From the human T2T-CHM13v2.0 reference genome, Homo sapiens, in assembly GCA_009914755.4 (NCBI GenBank), contig CP068257.2, forward strand, positions 36,960,001 to 37,024,000: a stretch of DNA of 64,000 bases, read 5' to 3'. Under the pieces are notes generated by a model. It ran no database searches. It worked only from the letters and a program-made list of their open reading frames with translations, and was not told the origin of the DNA. A program made the position numbers and the translations under genes. Below are positions 43,084-56,001 of this stretch, piece after piece (position 1 is the first letter of the stretch; every line of letters starts with the position of its first letter).

Positions 43084-43157
43084 CCTCATCCTCCTCCTCT
43101 CTATTCCTCTTGCTCCCTCCCCTCATCCTCCTCCTCTCTATTCCTCTTACTCCCTCC
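43084..43157. repeat. 2 x 37-bp tandem duplication within a ~110-bp polypyrimidine tract.
   Basis: cctcatcctcctcctctctattcctcttgctccctcc / cctcatcctcctcctctctattcctcttactccctcc. Confidence 0.85.
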
Positions 43158-46114
43158 CCTGTCTCTTCCCTCCTGCTCCCCCATTTAATCTCACTGTGAT
43201 CCTAGCCTGCTTCACTCTCTGGCCTTGCAGCTAATTAAAACTGTGGCCCTTAGTCATTTATTTAAAGACCCCAAAAAAATGGCACAGGAGATCTAGCAAT
43301 CATAAAAGCATCACTTTTCTGAGATTCTAACAGGGATAGCTCAGGAGGCCCTACACAATGTATTGGTGAATCTATTCTATTTCAGCCTACCTTGCCTGAC
43401 ACTGTTTATAGGGCCAGAATTTATTACCAGCCTTACGGCTTCATAAATTAGCTAGTCAGCTATTGCCACACCTCAGTATACTGTCACATCTGTGAATTTA
43501 TGGCATTGTGGCTTAATGTAGCATCATTGTCATCACTTTCCAGTACCTGGAGCATTCATTTTATCCTGGAAGATAATTCGTCATGGTTATTATGAGAATA
43601 CCAACATAAACAAAAGAGGAAGAAAACATGTAGGTTATGGTCTAATTGCCTGAATCAATCCCAGAAGAAAAGAAGATACTTGACAAAGTCTGCAGTCTTT
43701 GAATGAATCTTGAATGTGCTTAGTATTATTCAGACTCGAAATGCTTTGCACACTTGAATGGGAAAGTATGCAGTGAAAATCCCATTGAAACGCCACAGAA
43801 CGCCAGCCAAGCTAAAGTGCTGCACTTGGTTGGAATATCTGGGCTCTGACTCCTCCGTAAATCAACATTTAAAGTGTTAGATACAGAGAGTCCATAAATC
43901 ATTATTGCATTTCTTCAGCATAAGCTAGTGCCTTCAGCAAGTGTCTTCTGCTGTTTGGCTCTTTGTTCTGATCTGGTTTGATATGGCTGGTGTGGGTTTG
44001 GTTTGGTTCGTTTGTGGGGATGAAGAGGTTATGCAACAGAAAGGCGATGACTTATTCTTTTGCTCTTGCTCACATCTCCAAGGACTAAAAACAATGCCAA
44101 TTCAACCCTCCTACTCATGTATGACGGCCAAACCTGACTTCTGGCTTCTAACTGCAAAATCCCCAGCACACTCTGCAGGCCCGCAGCCAGCTCGTCTGCT
44201 TAGGAAGGAGCAATAGTGTAATTTGAACATGACCAATAAAAAAGAACAATGGTCTTACTTACTTTTACAGGTTACATTGTCTCACAGGTAAGGAATGGAA
44301 TTTTTAATACATTTAAAAATAGAGATTCCTAACCAATAAAATATCCCCATCACCAAGATTTTAAGGATGCCATGAGTAGCTGGTATTATCAATGACATTT
44401 GTGTAGTGGGAAAAGCATGGATTTTGGAGAAAGAAAGATGCAGGCCTAAACGTGGACTCTATCATTCACTATTGCCCAAGGACAGGCTTTCTCTCCACCA
44501 GGCTAAATCAAGTTTCCCAGTACACAAGTGTGGTGGGGAGCAGAGTGGTTCCGCAGCAGCAGGCTGGTAAATTTAGTCCTAAAACAAGACAGGTCTAAAA
44601 ATCTTGGAAAGTAGAATCTGTTTGGAAGCTCCTTCTAGACATTCTGTCAAGCACAGCCTTGTTCAGTAAGAAGGACCTTAGACATACTTTACTCATGGCT
44701 TCCCAGAAAAAAAGTGAAGGATGATGCCATCAGTTTTCAGCATTTATTGAGAGAACTCGAACTACTGGAGGATTTCAAAGATGCTTATTGGGTATCCAAG
44801 TAAGACGTCAAGTAAAATTTTGGATACAGGAATTTGAGTGTGAAGGGAAGCCCAGGAATGCAACTATCTGGGAGTCATCGGTGTAGGTGGGATTGGAAGC
44901 CATGGGATGGGATGAGATCACTTAGGAAGCAACAGACTACCCCCTTCTGTGATAAATAAATTCCAGCAGATTAGTGTAGATTATTGTCCCCAACTCTTAT
45001 GTCCTACCTCCTTTCATGCAGCTCCACATGTCATCTTGTGACTTGTGCTTGCCTGGCAGTAGAGAGCGCACTTTCCTCTCCAGGAACCTTGGGCTTGGCC
45101 AGGTGTCTTGCTTTGACCAGTAAAAGTGAGCAAAAGTGAAAGTGTGTCCGTTCCAGGTGGCAACTTGAAGAGGAATCATGCATTTCTGCTTGCCCCTTGC
45201 CATCTCCCCGCTGCCATGAGAGCAGCATGCCTCAGAGAGCTGCTGTCCCTTCAACCTGGGACCCAGAATAAAAGACACAGGGACCTCCATTAGGCCCAGC
45301 TGAGTCCGACAGAGCTCCAGGGACCTGAAGTCCTCTGAGTGACAAACAAGTGGTTGCTGTTACAAATTACTGAGACTTTTGGAGGCCATCATTTGCTACT
45401 GCAGCAAAAGCTGACTAATACAAAAATAAAACCCATCTCCTCTGGCAGATCCCCCCAGAAAGGAGGGTTAGTCTCCCTCATAGATATCAGGCCACCAAGC
45501 CTAAGAGAGTTCCAGATGGCTATGCAAGTTCAGCCCAAGGCAATATACAAAAATGCTCCGAGTTTACCACTGGAATTTCCAGAGTCTACTTAGATGCTCC
45601 CCTGAGTCCCCACTCATGCCTTTCCAGCAATGAAAACCTGCTCCGAAGAAAAAATGGCTGACATCGAGATGACTCTGAGTACACAAGGTGCGAAGTTACA
45701 GGAGACAGAGGCTCTCTCGGATCTCCAGGTAAACACACGCAGCTGCTCAGGAAGGCAGCCTGATCCAGGAGCCTGCAGGAGCCTGAGTCCTACCCAGATG
45801 GTCAGGTGCAGCCCCAGCTGTCCCAGGACATGCACGGGAGGAAAGGTGACCACGTGCTGTCAGATAGCAGCTCAGGCACCACTGTGCAGTGCACAACCAC
45901 ACAGGCCTTCATTCAGCAGGGGACTAGATTTGTACTCTTTTTAGCCAAATGTGGGCCTTCTCATGCTCCACGTGTAAACGTAACTCACCAAACAGGGCCC
46001 CTGCTGCTTTCCGGGCCAAGTCAGTGGAGAGGACTGAAGGCCGGCTCACAGCTAGGAAAGCAGGGCTCTGCCGCGCCGAGGGAATGGGTCCCAGGTCTCT
46101 TTCAACATCAGTAG

Positions 46115-47125
46115 GTAACACACACACTCACAGCACACACCACACACCACACACACTACATGCTCATACATATCACACACACACACACACCCCCCACACA
46201 TGACATACACACCACACCATACACATACATGCCACACACACATGCTCATACATACCACACACACCACACACACACCACACATCACATACACACCATACCA
46301 CGCACATACACACCACGCACACATGCTCATATGTACCACACACACCACACACAATCACACACACACGTCACATACACACCATATCACACACATACACATC
46401 ACACGTCACATACACACCACACATTACATACACACCATACCACACACATACACACCACACACACCACATGCTCATAAATACCACACCACACACACCACAT
46501 GCTCATACATACCACACACACCACACACACATCACATACACACCATACCACAAACACACACAATCACATATACACCACACATACACACCATGTGCTCATA
46601 CATTCCACACACCCACACCACACATACTACATGATCATATATACCACACACACCATACATACACCACATGCTCAGCCATACCACACCACACACACACACA
46701 CACACACACATCAGGCACACACACACATCACACACACATTACATACACACCACACACACACAAAGCATGCACACACCACACACACCACATACACACAAGA
46801 CCACACACACACATCATACATAAACCCCACATACACACCACACACATTATATATGCACCATACACTCACACGCACATCATGCACACACACCACACACATC
46901 ACATATACATGCCACACACACACACATTACATACACACTAAATACACACCACATGCTCATAAATAACACACATCACACACACACAGACACCATGCATACA
47001 CACCACAGAGCACACACATAACCCACACACATCACATACTCAACACTCCACCCACACACCACACACCACATACGCACCACACACACACACACACACACAC
47101 TGCACACACAATACACATACACATA
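46115..47125. repeat. CA-rich degenerate microsatellite / minisatellite-like block of about 1 kb.
   Basis: Dominated by (CA)n, (CACACCA)n and (CATA)n. The motif catg(c/a)tcat(a/g)(c/t)at(a/t)ccacacacac recurs at least 9 times (about 46157, 46241, 46322, 46467, 46498, 46589, 46630, 46667, 46952). Every long His/Thr-rich ORF in the track, on both strands between 46052 and 47164, is a translation of this repeat. Confidence 0.9.
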
Positions 47126-48018
47126 AAATTTGCATGAAATAAACATAAAGGAAATGAACACCAAGATTCATCTCTCTTGCCCTGCATATTGGATTGAAAC
47201 ATGGAGCAGACTGGCCAAATTTAAGATTTTTATAATTTACCTCTGAAATCTTCATCAAATTCAAAACACAATTTCACTTTTTGCCCCATCCGGCAGTGTT
47301 GGGGGTTTTGCCACTGGAATAACACAGTATATTTTCCAGTCACACCGTACATCAGAGCTCATGTGTGTGTTAGTTTGTTGCAGGCGTCCTGGTAGCAGAG
47401 CGTGAGGTCCTAGACTCAGAGTGAGTTCCTCCCTCCAGAAATGAAACACCTAAGTTGCTCAGCACTGACAGCAAACATGTAAGTAAGGCAAAGGTTGCCA
47501 CCAGCCCAGCAGGGGTCGAACTTAAAATGAATCTGTGCATGTGGGCCCCTTGCCTTTGACCCATGGGGAGCATCATTCCATAAATAAACAAGGCAATACC
47601 TAACAGCCATTAGATTTCTTCAAGGCCATCTCTGCAATTTCTTTGATGAAACAAAATTGAAGTTCATAATTCCCTCCCAAGCTAATGTTTTACAATAATT
47701 TTTTTAAAGATCCCAGAGTTACAGTAATCACATATCAAATAAGAACATTCCTGAGATGTTTTCCATTTGGAATAGTGAAATTATTTATTAAAGCATCTCG
47801 GCCTTCATCCTTCAGGCTATATGTGAAGCCTTCAAGAAAACCTCCTCGTGAGCCTAACCACATGACTTGGCAGCCCCCACTCCTACTTTCTAGATCATCC
47901 CTGGCCATGCTCCGCCACCCATCCCATGATCCAGCCTCGGCAAAGCCCTGGCTGTCTCCACATTACACCAAGCACCTGGCTGCATGCTCTGGCATACGCC
48001 ACTTAAACTCTCCTCCCT

Positions 48019-48227
48019 GGGAACATCACATACTGGGGCCTGTCGGGGGTGGGTGGGGGACAAGGGGAGGGAGAGCATTAGGACAAATACCTAATGCATG
48101 CAGGGCTTAAAACCGAGATGACGGGGTGATAGGTACAGCAAACCACCATGGCACATGTATACCTATGTAACAAACCTGCACATTCTGCACATGCATCCCA
48201 GAACTTAAAGTAAAACAAAAAATAAAA
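48019..48227 (+). mobile_element. LINE-1 extreme 3' end (~210 bp, L1P/L1PA-like 3' UTR with A-rich tail): a heavily 5'-truncated insertion.
   Basis: gggaacatcacatactggggcctgtcgggggtgggtgggggacaaggggagggagagcattaggacaaatacctaatgcatgcagggcttaaaaccgagatgacggggtgataggtacagcaaaccaccatggcacatgtatacctatgtaacaaacctgcacattctgcacatgcatcccagaacttaaagtaaaacaaaaaataaaaaaa. A perfect 14-bp TSD, aaactctcctccct, lies at 48005-48018 and 48228-48241. Confidence 0.85.
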
Positions 48228-48357
48228 AAACTCTCCTCCCTACTCATCCCGGCGAACTCCTGCCTGCCCCTTAGACACAGTTCATGCACCAGCTCTGCTG
48301 GGAGACACCCCTTCTGTGGTCTCCATAGAGCTCCTGTCCACCTCCGTTCACAGCGTA

Positions 48358-48575
48358 GGGCTGGGAAAAAGGTTCTGTGATGGGACGACCTGGATTTGAA
48401 TCTCAGCACCGCTCACTGGCTATATGACCTTGGACACTTAACCTTCCTGTATCTCAATGTTCTTGTCTGTAAAACTGGGATAATATAAGCACTCACTTGA
48501 GGCAAATGTGGTAGGGAATAGATATTTTAATAAATGTAAAGCACCTAGAATAATACTTGAAACATCACAGCCCTT
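48358..48575 (+). mobile_element. MIR SINE, near full-length.
   Basis: ...cctggatttgaatctcagcaccgctcactggctatatgaccttggacacttaaccttcctgtatctcaatgttcttgtctgtaaaactgggataatataagcactcac...ataaatgtaaagcacctagaataatacttgaaacatcac matches MIR consensus 'cctgggttcgaatcccggctctgccacttactagctgtgtgaccttgggcaagt...cctcatctgtaaaatgggg...'. Confidence 0.6.
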
Positions 48576-49671
48576 ATCACAATGTATTAAAGTTTTCTGT
48601 TTATGTGGCTATCTCCCCCACTAGACTATAAGCATTTTAAAAAGAATATGCCTTATTATTTTAATATCCCCAGTATTTAGCAAATAACCTGGCACATAGA
48701 AAATTTTTTGTTCAGAATGTTGAATGAATGAATAAATGTATGAAATTAAAAATATATATTAATATTAAATTCCTGCTATCCTGTCCCAAAAGACAATGTG
48801 CTGTCATCACTGCTTGAGGAAGAAGTACATTATTTCACACATCAACCCACCTTCATCCTTTGAGAATTTTTTTTTAGAGCAGAAATAGACTCTATCCAAA
48901 CCATATGGCATAAAGCTGTAGTTTTTAAAGATAAAGGTACACTTCAAAAAAGTGCTGACTCATTTCATCCTTAGATACAGAATACTCATCTTCAGCATTA
49001 CAGGCTTGTGATGGAAGAATACAAAATTTTAAAAATATATAAATTCACCTCTTAGAGGTAAAGGTTTGAAGAACAGAGTTATTTGGTCTACTTGCACCAT
49101 TAGTTTGTTTTTTTTTAATTTTACTTTAAATTTTGGGATACATGTGCAGAACACGCAGGTTTGTTAAACAGGTATTCATTGTACCATTAGTTTTTAAGAA
49201 TCCTTGATCTTTAAAATGCTACCCACTTGGCCTCCTCTTTTATTCATGGCCTTGTTCTCCAGGAGAGAGGCTGAAACATCCCTTAGGGAACATTTTCTGT
49301 CAAGGTGCTAGACCAGGAGTGTGAAGCAGCGAGCCTTAAATTGCAGGAAGCCACAACAGCAGAAGGCAGAACGCTCCTCAAACTTGAACGCAGAGCCTGG
49401 TGCTGCTTCCAGGAAGTCCCAAGCCAGCCTGACTTCTGACAGTTGATCTCAAGATCTCAACCTATATTCATTTTCACATCAAGACTTTATTTTTGAACAG
49501 GTTCCAGGATACAACACCAGCTTTTTTATTGAAGGCAAAGCATTCTCAATTACTTAGATACTTACTAATTAATATGATTGGCGATATGGTGCGTATTTAG
49601 AATAATCTGAGATGAAACTCATTGAAGCAGCTTTAAAAAGCCCATTACAATAAAAATAATACTTGAAGCTC

Positions 49672-50000
<329 letters not shown>

Positions 50001-51698
50001 TGATAATAATATTCAGTGTGGAAGGACTGAATTCTGAGTCACCTGCAAACCATGATACAGTCTGTAGCAGTGGTACTGAGTGTAATCCATAGACCAGTGC
50101 CATTTTGCAAAATGTTGACTGACCATGATGAGAGAAGTACGGAAAGTAAGAAGGGCTTGTAAAATTTTAGAGCAAGTTGACATCACTGTGACATCAGTAT
50201 GAGCTCAGTGCTCCAGTTCCTCTAAATAAGGTGCCGACCACTTCAGACACTGCAGCATTACTCACATTTGGGCACTCATTGGTAGGGCCACATTACAACA
50301 TGTGACCTTTTAAGGTCAGTTTGTCAAGGATAAATCAAATTATATGAAAATCTGAGAAAAGGGAAGCACTTATTTTCATAACTTATTTTCATAATCTGAG
50401 AAAAGGGAAGCACGTTATGAAAATAATTAAAATTTAATTAATTAAATGTTTATGGCTTTTTAAAATTTATAGTTTAACATTACTGGCTAAATAAGGGAAG
50501 TCAAATTAGTATTATGTATTTATAACCTTTATTGATTGATTGATGGCCTCTTTTTGGTCAGAAAAACATATATCTTTTTTGAATGTGACAATCACAGTAA
50601 CCAAATGATGACAAAGAAGTTGACATTGAAGAAATGAAAGCCAAAAAATTTTGTATTCATTTTACTTGAAAGTATAATCCCTCATATACAAATTTTTATA
50701 GTTTATGTAGCCATAAACTACAGTTTTGCAGCCATAATTGATAGCAAAGTGCTAAAAACACTGTAGGTCACTTGAACAAATGTATTGGCAAACAAAACAA
50801 TGAAACTATCAAAACTTGAGTAGCATTTACATAAAAAAATTTTTTAAATACCGAGAATAAAAAAAAATTTGCAAAAAAGAGTATTATTAAAAAGACAACA
50901 AAAGTAGATGTTGAATATTTCATGTCTAAAAATGAATGTCTTAAGGCTTCCTGTAAAGCAGCACTTACATTACTAAAACCAAAAACAAACAAAATGAACA
51001 ATCAAACAAAAATCATAAAATTGCCAAGACATTAATGTAAAACTACATTAAAGAAGTCTACTTGGAAATGTTCGGTGAATCTGTAACCCAAAAAAAGGAA
51101 GCTTGAGTACCACTTTTTAATAATATCACAAATCAGTGTTTTTAAGAATGGGCTGATAGCATAGCTGTAATGACAGGAAAATACTGTGAAATCATTATTC
51201 AGATAACAATGAAAATAAATCAACAACCTGCTTCTTTTCTTCAGAAAGTCTTGCCAGGAGGAAAAAAAAAATCAGCTGAACAACATGCTTAGAGACATAG
51301 TATATAAAAACTAATGCATTAAATTCAAGGTTTTTACATTTATTATGTGATATTATAGAAGATGAACATAAAGAACCGTAGAAGCATGCAAGGCTTGATG
51401 GCTGTTATGGGGAAAGATTCTGACAAGAATGTTTGAAATGGGAAATGAACTCTTAGCGTTCTGGTAGGAAACGAGTTTTGTCCCATGTTTTTAAAGATGT
51501 GAATTAGACAGCCAGACTTTCTTATCTGTCTGACATCCTCAGTATTTGAAAATATCTTAATACTCCTATGCAAGAAAGGGATGTGGTAATTTTTTGATGT
51601 ATATCTTTATATAACCATGCATAGAAGAGTCTGGGAATATACAAAACAAAATAATAAGAGTGGCTAACTCTGGAGAGAAATGACAAGGAGTTTTCTCT

Positions 51699-52007
51699 TC
51701 TTTTTTTTTTTTTTGTGAAACAGGGTTTTGCTCTGTCATCCAGGTTGGAGTCTGGAGTGCAGTGGTGTGATCTTGGCTCACTGCAGCCCCAACCTCCTGG
51801 GCTCATGCACACCTCCCACCTCAGCCTCCTGAGTAGCTGGGGCTACAGGTGCATGCCACCACAGCTGGCTAATTGTTGTATATTTTTGTAGAGACAGGGT
51901 TTTGCGATGTTGCCCAGGCTAGTCTCAAATTCCTGAGCTCACAGAATCCACTCGCCTCAGCCTCTCAGAGTGCTGGAATCAGAGGTGTGAGCCACCATAC
52001 ACAGCCT
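51699..52007 (-). mobile_element. Alu SINE, older and diverged (AluJ/S-like).
   Basis: Poly(T) then gtgaaacagggttttgctctgtcatccaggttggagtctggagtgcagtggtgtgatcttggctcactgcagcc...agaggtgtgagccaccatacacagcctg. Possible TSD ttttctcttc / ttttctttct. Confidence 0.85.
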
Positions 52008-53210
52008 GCTTTTTCTTTCTTTTGCTTCTCTGTATTTATAGTTGTTTTTCTACCCTGAATGCTGCCTATGTCATTAGAAACAAAGACCACAGAGTCATAA
52101 AAGGGTCACACAAGTTCAACCATTTAAAAAACATTGTCAAGAGCTTTGCCCATCTAAGGGACCACATGAGCATTAATGACTGATGGGCTCCATACACTAC
52201 CCAGAATGACTAACACATCAATGAAAGACATGATGATCTAAGGACCGAGGGAGGGGTCGATCTAAAACACAAAATGTCCCTGCTCAATAGCCACCTGCAC
52301 ACCCACAGCTACTGCGTGGAGAAAAGAGAGAGCTGGCTGCAGTCCCCCTCCTGGGGGAAACTGTGAAGCACAACAGAGACCTGCTGTCTGGAACCTGGTG
52401 GCTCCCTCCCCACAGTGAGCATACCACACCTGCACTCTCATGCCCCCACTTCTCTCATGGAACTTCCCTGTCCCTTCCCTCCAGAAGCTACAAGCTCTCA
52501 GAATCACACCTTTCGTGCTCCAGAGTCAACAAGGCTGAGTTTGTGGTGGGCAACAAACAGACTAAATCTTCACACCATTTCTCATTAAACCATCCCTGTT
52601 CATGAGATCTGCATTAAAACTTTTTTCTCTTTTGTCAAGAGATAAAGCAGCAGTACACAGCTTTAGAGGACTAGGGCCTCCCCAGTAACCCTTTCCTCCA
52701 AACCTTTCTAAACAAATTATCATTATCATTGGTGCCGTTATCAGTATACTAGTACTGTTAAAGCCAAGAGATGACCTGTTTTAGGCAATAACATTTACAA
52801 TTCAATAGCAGAGTTTCCTGCACAGACTGTACTATTTACAGAGTCCTGCAGCCCCTGGACAAGGGAACACAGGCTCCCAGCTGCCTGCTTGCAGAGTTCC
52901 CCTGTGGGAGGCAGTGAGATGGAAACACCTGGATGAGAGGCCAGGAGACATAAGCTCCTCCATCCCTGGTTCTGCCTCCAGGGAAGTAAACTAAGGCAGA
53001 TTGCCCATTCTCTCTGCTCCTAAACCAGAGGCAATTTTAAGTGGCTTCCAGCATTGATACACTAGGTCTCTATGAAAGGTGCAAACCTTTCCACACTCAA
53101 TGGATTCTCATCACAACCAAAGCAGCAGGGCAGTGTATTAGTTAAAATCCATTTTAGTTGCAAGTGACAGAAGATAACATTGATTTTTTAAAAACAATGG
53201 TGGCTTAAAA

Positions 53211-54054
53211 ACAAACAACCCAACTCAAAAATGGGCAAAGGACATGAACAGACATTTCTCCAAAGACCATTCTATGGCCAATGAGCACATAGAAAAATAC
53301 TCAACATCAATGAGATACCACTTCACACTCATGAGGATGGCCAGTAGAAAAAAAATATATCAAGTGTTGTTGAGGATATGGAGAAATTGGAACCCTTGTT
53401 CCATGCTGGTGGGAGCATGAAATAGTACAGCTGCTGTGGAAAACAGTATGACAGTTCTTAAAAGATTAAATATAGAATTACCATGTGATCCAGCAATTAT
53501 ACTTCTGGGTATATACACAAAAGAATCAAAAGCAGGAATTCACACAGATACTTGTACATCAATGTTCATAACAGTATTAATCACAATAAACAAAATGTGG
53601 AAACAACCTATTCATGATCAACAGATGAACAGGTAAACAAAATGTAGTCTATACATACACGGGCATATTACTCAGCCTTAAAAAAGAAATGAAATTATAA
53701 TCCATGTTACAAAATGGATGGCCCTTGAAAACATTATGCAAAGTGAAGTAAGTCAGTCACAAAAGAACAAATATCATATGACTCCACTTACATGAGCTAC
53801 CTAGATTAGGTAAGTTCACAGGGACAGAAAGGAGAATCCAGGTTACCAGGGGCTATGGAAAGGGGGAAGGGGGAATTAGTGTTCAACAGGTAAAGAGTTT
53901 TTTGGGGGATGATGATTTTTAAAGTTCTGGAAATGATGTGGTGATGCTTGTACAATATTGCAAATGTGCTCGATACCCCTGAATTATATTCTTAAAAATA
54001 GATAAATGATAAAATTTATATTATGTATGTTTTACCACAGTAGATTTCTTGTTA
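53211..54054 (+). mobile_element. LINE-1 3' fragment (L1M-type; ORF2 C-terminus plus 3' UTR, ~840 bp), 5'-truncated.
   Basis: ...aatgggcaaaggacatgaacagacatttctccaaagaccattctatggccaatgagcacatagaaaaatactcaacatcaatgagataccacttcacactcatgaggatggc...gttaccaggggctatggaaagggggaagggggaattagtgttcaacaggtaaagag...gtacaatattgcaaatgtgctcgatacccctgaattatattcttaaaaatagataaatgataaaatttatattatgtatgttttaccacag. A 15-16-bp TSD, a(c/t)aatggtggcttaaa, lies at 53194-53210 and 54055-54070. Confidence 0.85.
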
Positions 54055-55837
54055 ATAATGGTGGCTTAAACCATAGGAAAACAAGCAGATAGGCCTGGTA
54101 TGATTATCAGGGACCCAGGTTCCATCCATTCAGCCACCTCAACACAGGGCTTCCTCTTTATGATCCAACATGGCTGCTCCAACTCCAGTCATCATCTCAG
54201 CCATGCAACAGGGAGGTGGGAGGAGGAAGGACAAGGGCACTCCTCTACCTGGAAGTTCAACCTTCCCTTGAGGGATACTTTCTGGAAGTGGCACACAGTC
54301 CTTCCATTCTATTGGTCAGAACTTGGTCACATAGTTGCACATGGCTTCAAGGGAAGCTGGGCAATGTTGACTTTGTTCTGGGCACCCATCTTTTCAGCTA
54401 ACATTGAGGAAGAAGAGACAAACAAGTACTGAAAACAACAACCAATCCTGCATAAGTTGAAAATCACCTTGAGTGCAAATGTTTTTTAGCACAGGACTGC
54501 ACACCTTTATGTTTTCCTAGGATCACAGTCAAAAAGAAGAAGCTTTAAGAAATGGTTCTGAGGACTTTCTTCTTTGTTAAGCTCACTTTGCAACATAAGA
54601 GGAATTCAGACCTCATAGGGATGTGAGCTACATAGTTATTCACCATATACCCTCAGGAAGAAGTAGAGCTAAACTGAGAAGCACTACAAAGAAAAAATAA
54701 ATGAAGAAGAACAAAAATGAAGATAAAGGGTCACTTTCTTAATGCCTCATCCTATGCATTTTGTAGAATTTGAAACCCCTGGAATGGAAAGCATAAAGCT
54801 CTGACAATCTGGGCTGCATTCAGCCTTGGCAGAAACCAGGATGTGACCACTGGCTCATTCCTAATGTTTCAGGTGGGTAACAAATATTTGCTTTTTCCGG
54901 GGAGTTGACCACACACCCTCTTCCAATTCCTTCAACTCGGACTGCATCTTGCCCTTGAGAAAAAAGATTTGGCACCTTCAGAACACACCATTCCCCACAC
55001 TTCATTTCCCATTAAGGTTGTCTTGGTTAAAAATGTTGCGGGCCAAGTACATGGTTTCACATACTCACATGGTTAAGAGAGAGAATAGGAGTTCTATGAG
55101 TCACAGAAAATTTGGTTGAAAAAAAAAGGAATCAGGAAGAATCAGTAACACTAAACGCCCACACGTCTCGTCTCTTTAAAGCACATTGGGGGAAATTTTG
55201 CTTTTAGTGGTAACTGAACATTCTGTTGCTGCTATATATGTCATTTTCAGCAGAGATGAAATAACTAACAGCCTGGGAAGATTTTTATAGCCTTCCCGTC
55301 CTTTAAGGGATGGCGTGGTCCCAATTTTGACCTCCCTTTTACTACTTTCCTTTCCTTTGGATAAAATCCATGTAATCCTCTGTAACACTAGAACATCTCT
55401 GCATTACTGTGTGCACACCTGATTTCCGTACCGTTTTCACCCCTCATTTTGGCAGCAATCTATGCATAAAGGCAAAAAGTTCCCACACCCCTATCCTGAC
55501 CTCTTGGTAGCCGTGACCCTCATCCCAGCTCAACCCTCCTGGCATCTCCTCTCTCCTGCCAGGTTTGTGGCTCAAGTCAGGAAGCACGTCAGCCCTGAGA
55601 CCTGCAAACCGAATCCCACAGACAGTTCTAGAGGGTGTGCTTGACTTTGGAAACCCAGTTTAACTGGCTTCTGCTTGAATCATCACTCCATTAACATCAT
55701 CATTCCAGAAAGTCGTTGCTCAAGGTCTAAAGCACTTGAAACCTTCCCTTATATTTAATATTTATTACCCATCTTGAAGGAACGGCATCTGAGGACATCC
55801 TCCCATCTTGTAACATGGCTCCCCTAAGAAGGGTATA

Positions 55838-55992
55838 ACATAGTGATTGCAAAGCAGGACTCTGTAGCCAACCATCCAGATGCAAATTCTGATTCCATCA
55901 CTTCGCCTGAATATAACTTTGGATAAGCTGACTAACCTTTCTTTGCCTCTACATTCTTATCTATAAAATGGGCACAGTAAAAGTGCATCCTC
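55838..55992 (+). mobile_element. MIR SINE fragment, apparently cut off at its 3' side by the downstream L1 insertion.
   Basis: tagtgattgcaaagcaggactctgtagccaaccatccagatgcaaattctgattccatcacttcgcctgaatataactttggataagctgactaacctttctttgcctctacattcttatctataaaatgggcacag matches the MIR 5' and core regions. Confidence 0.55.
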
Positions 55993-56001
55993 ATTAAAAA
56001 A

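Noticed and set aside
46052-47164. Cluster of 60-157-aa ORFs rich in His/Thr (+ strand) and Cys/Val (- strand).
   Set aside because: These are pure translations of the CA/TG-rich repeat block (CAC=His, ACA/ACC=Thr, TGT=Cys, GTG=Val). They are not genes.
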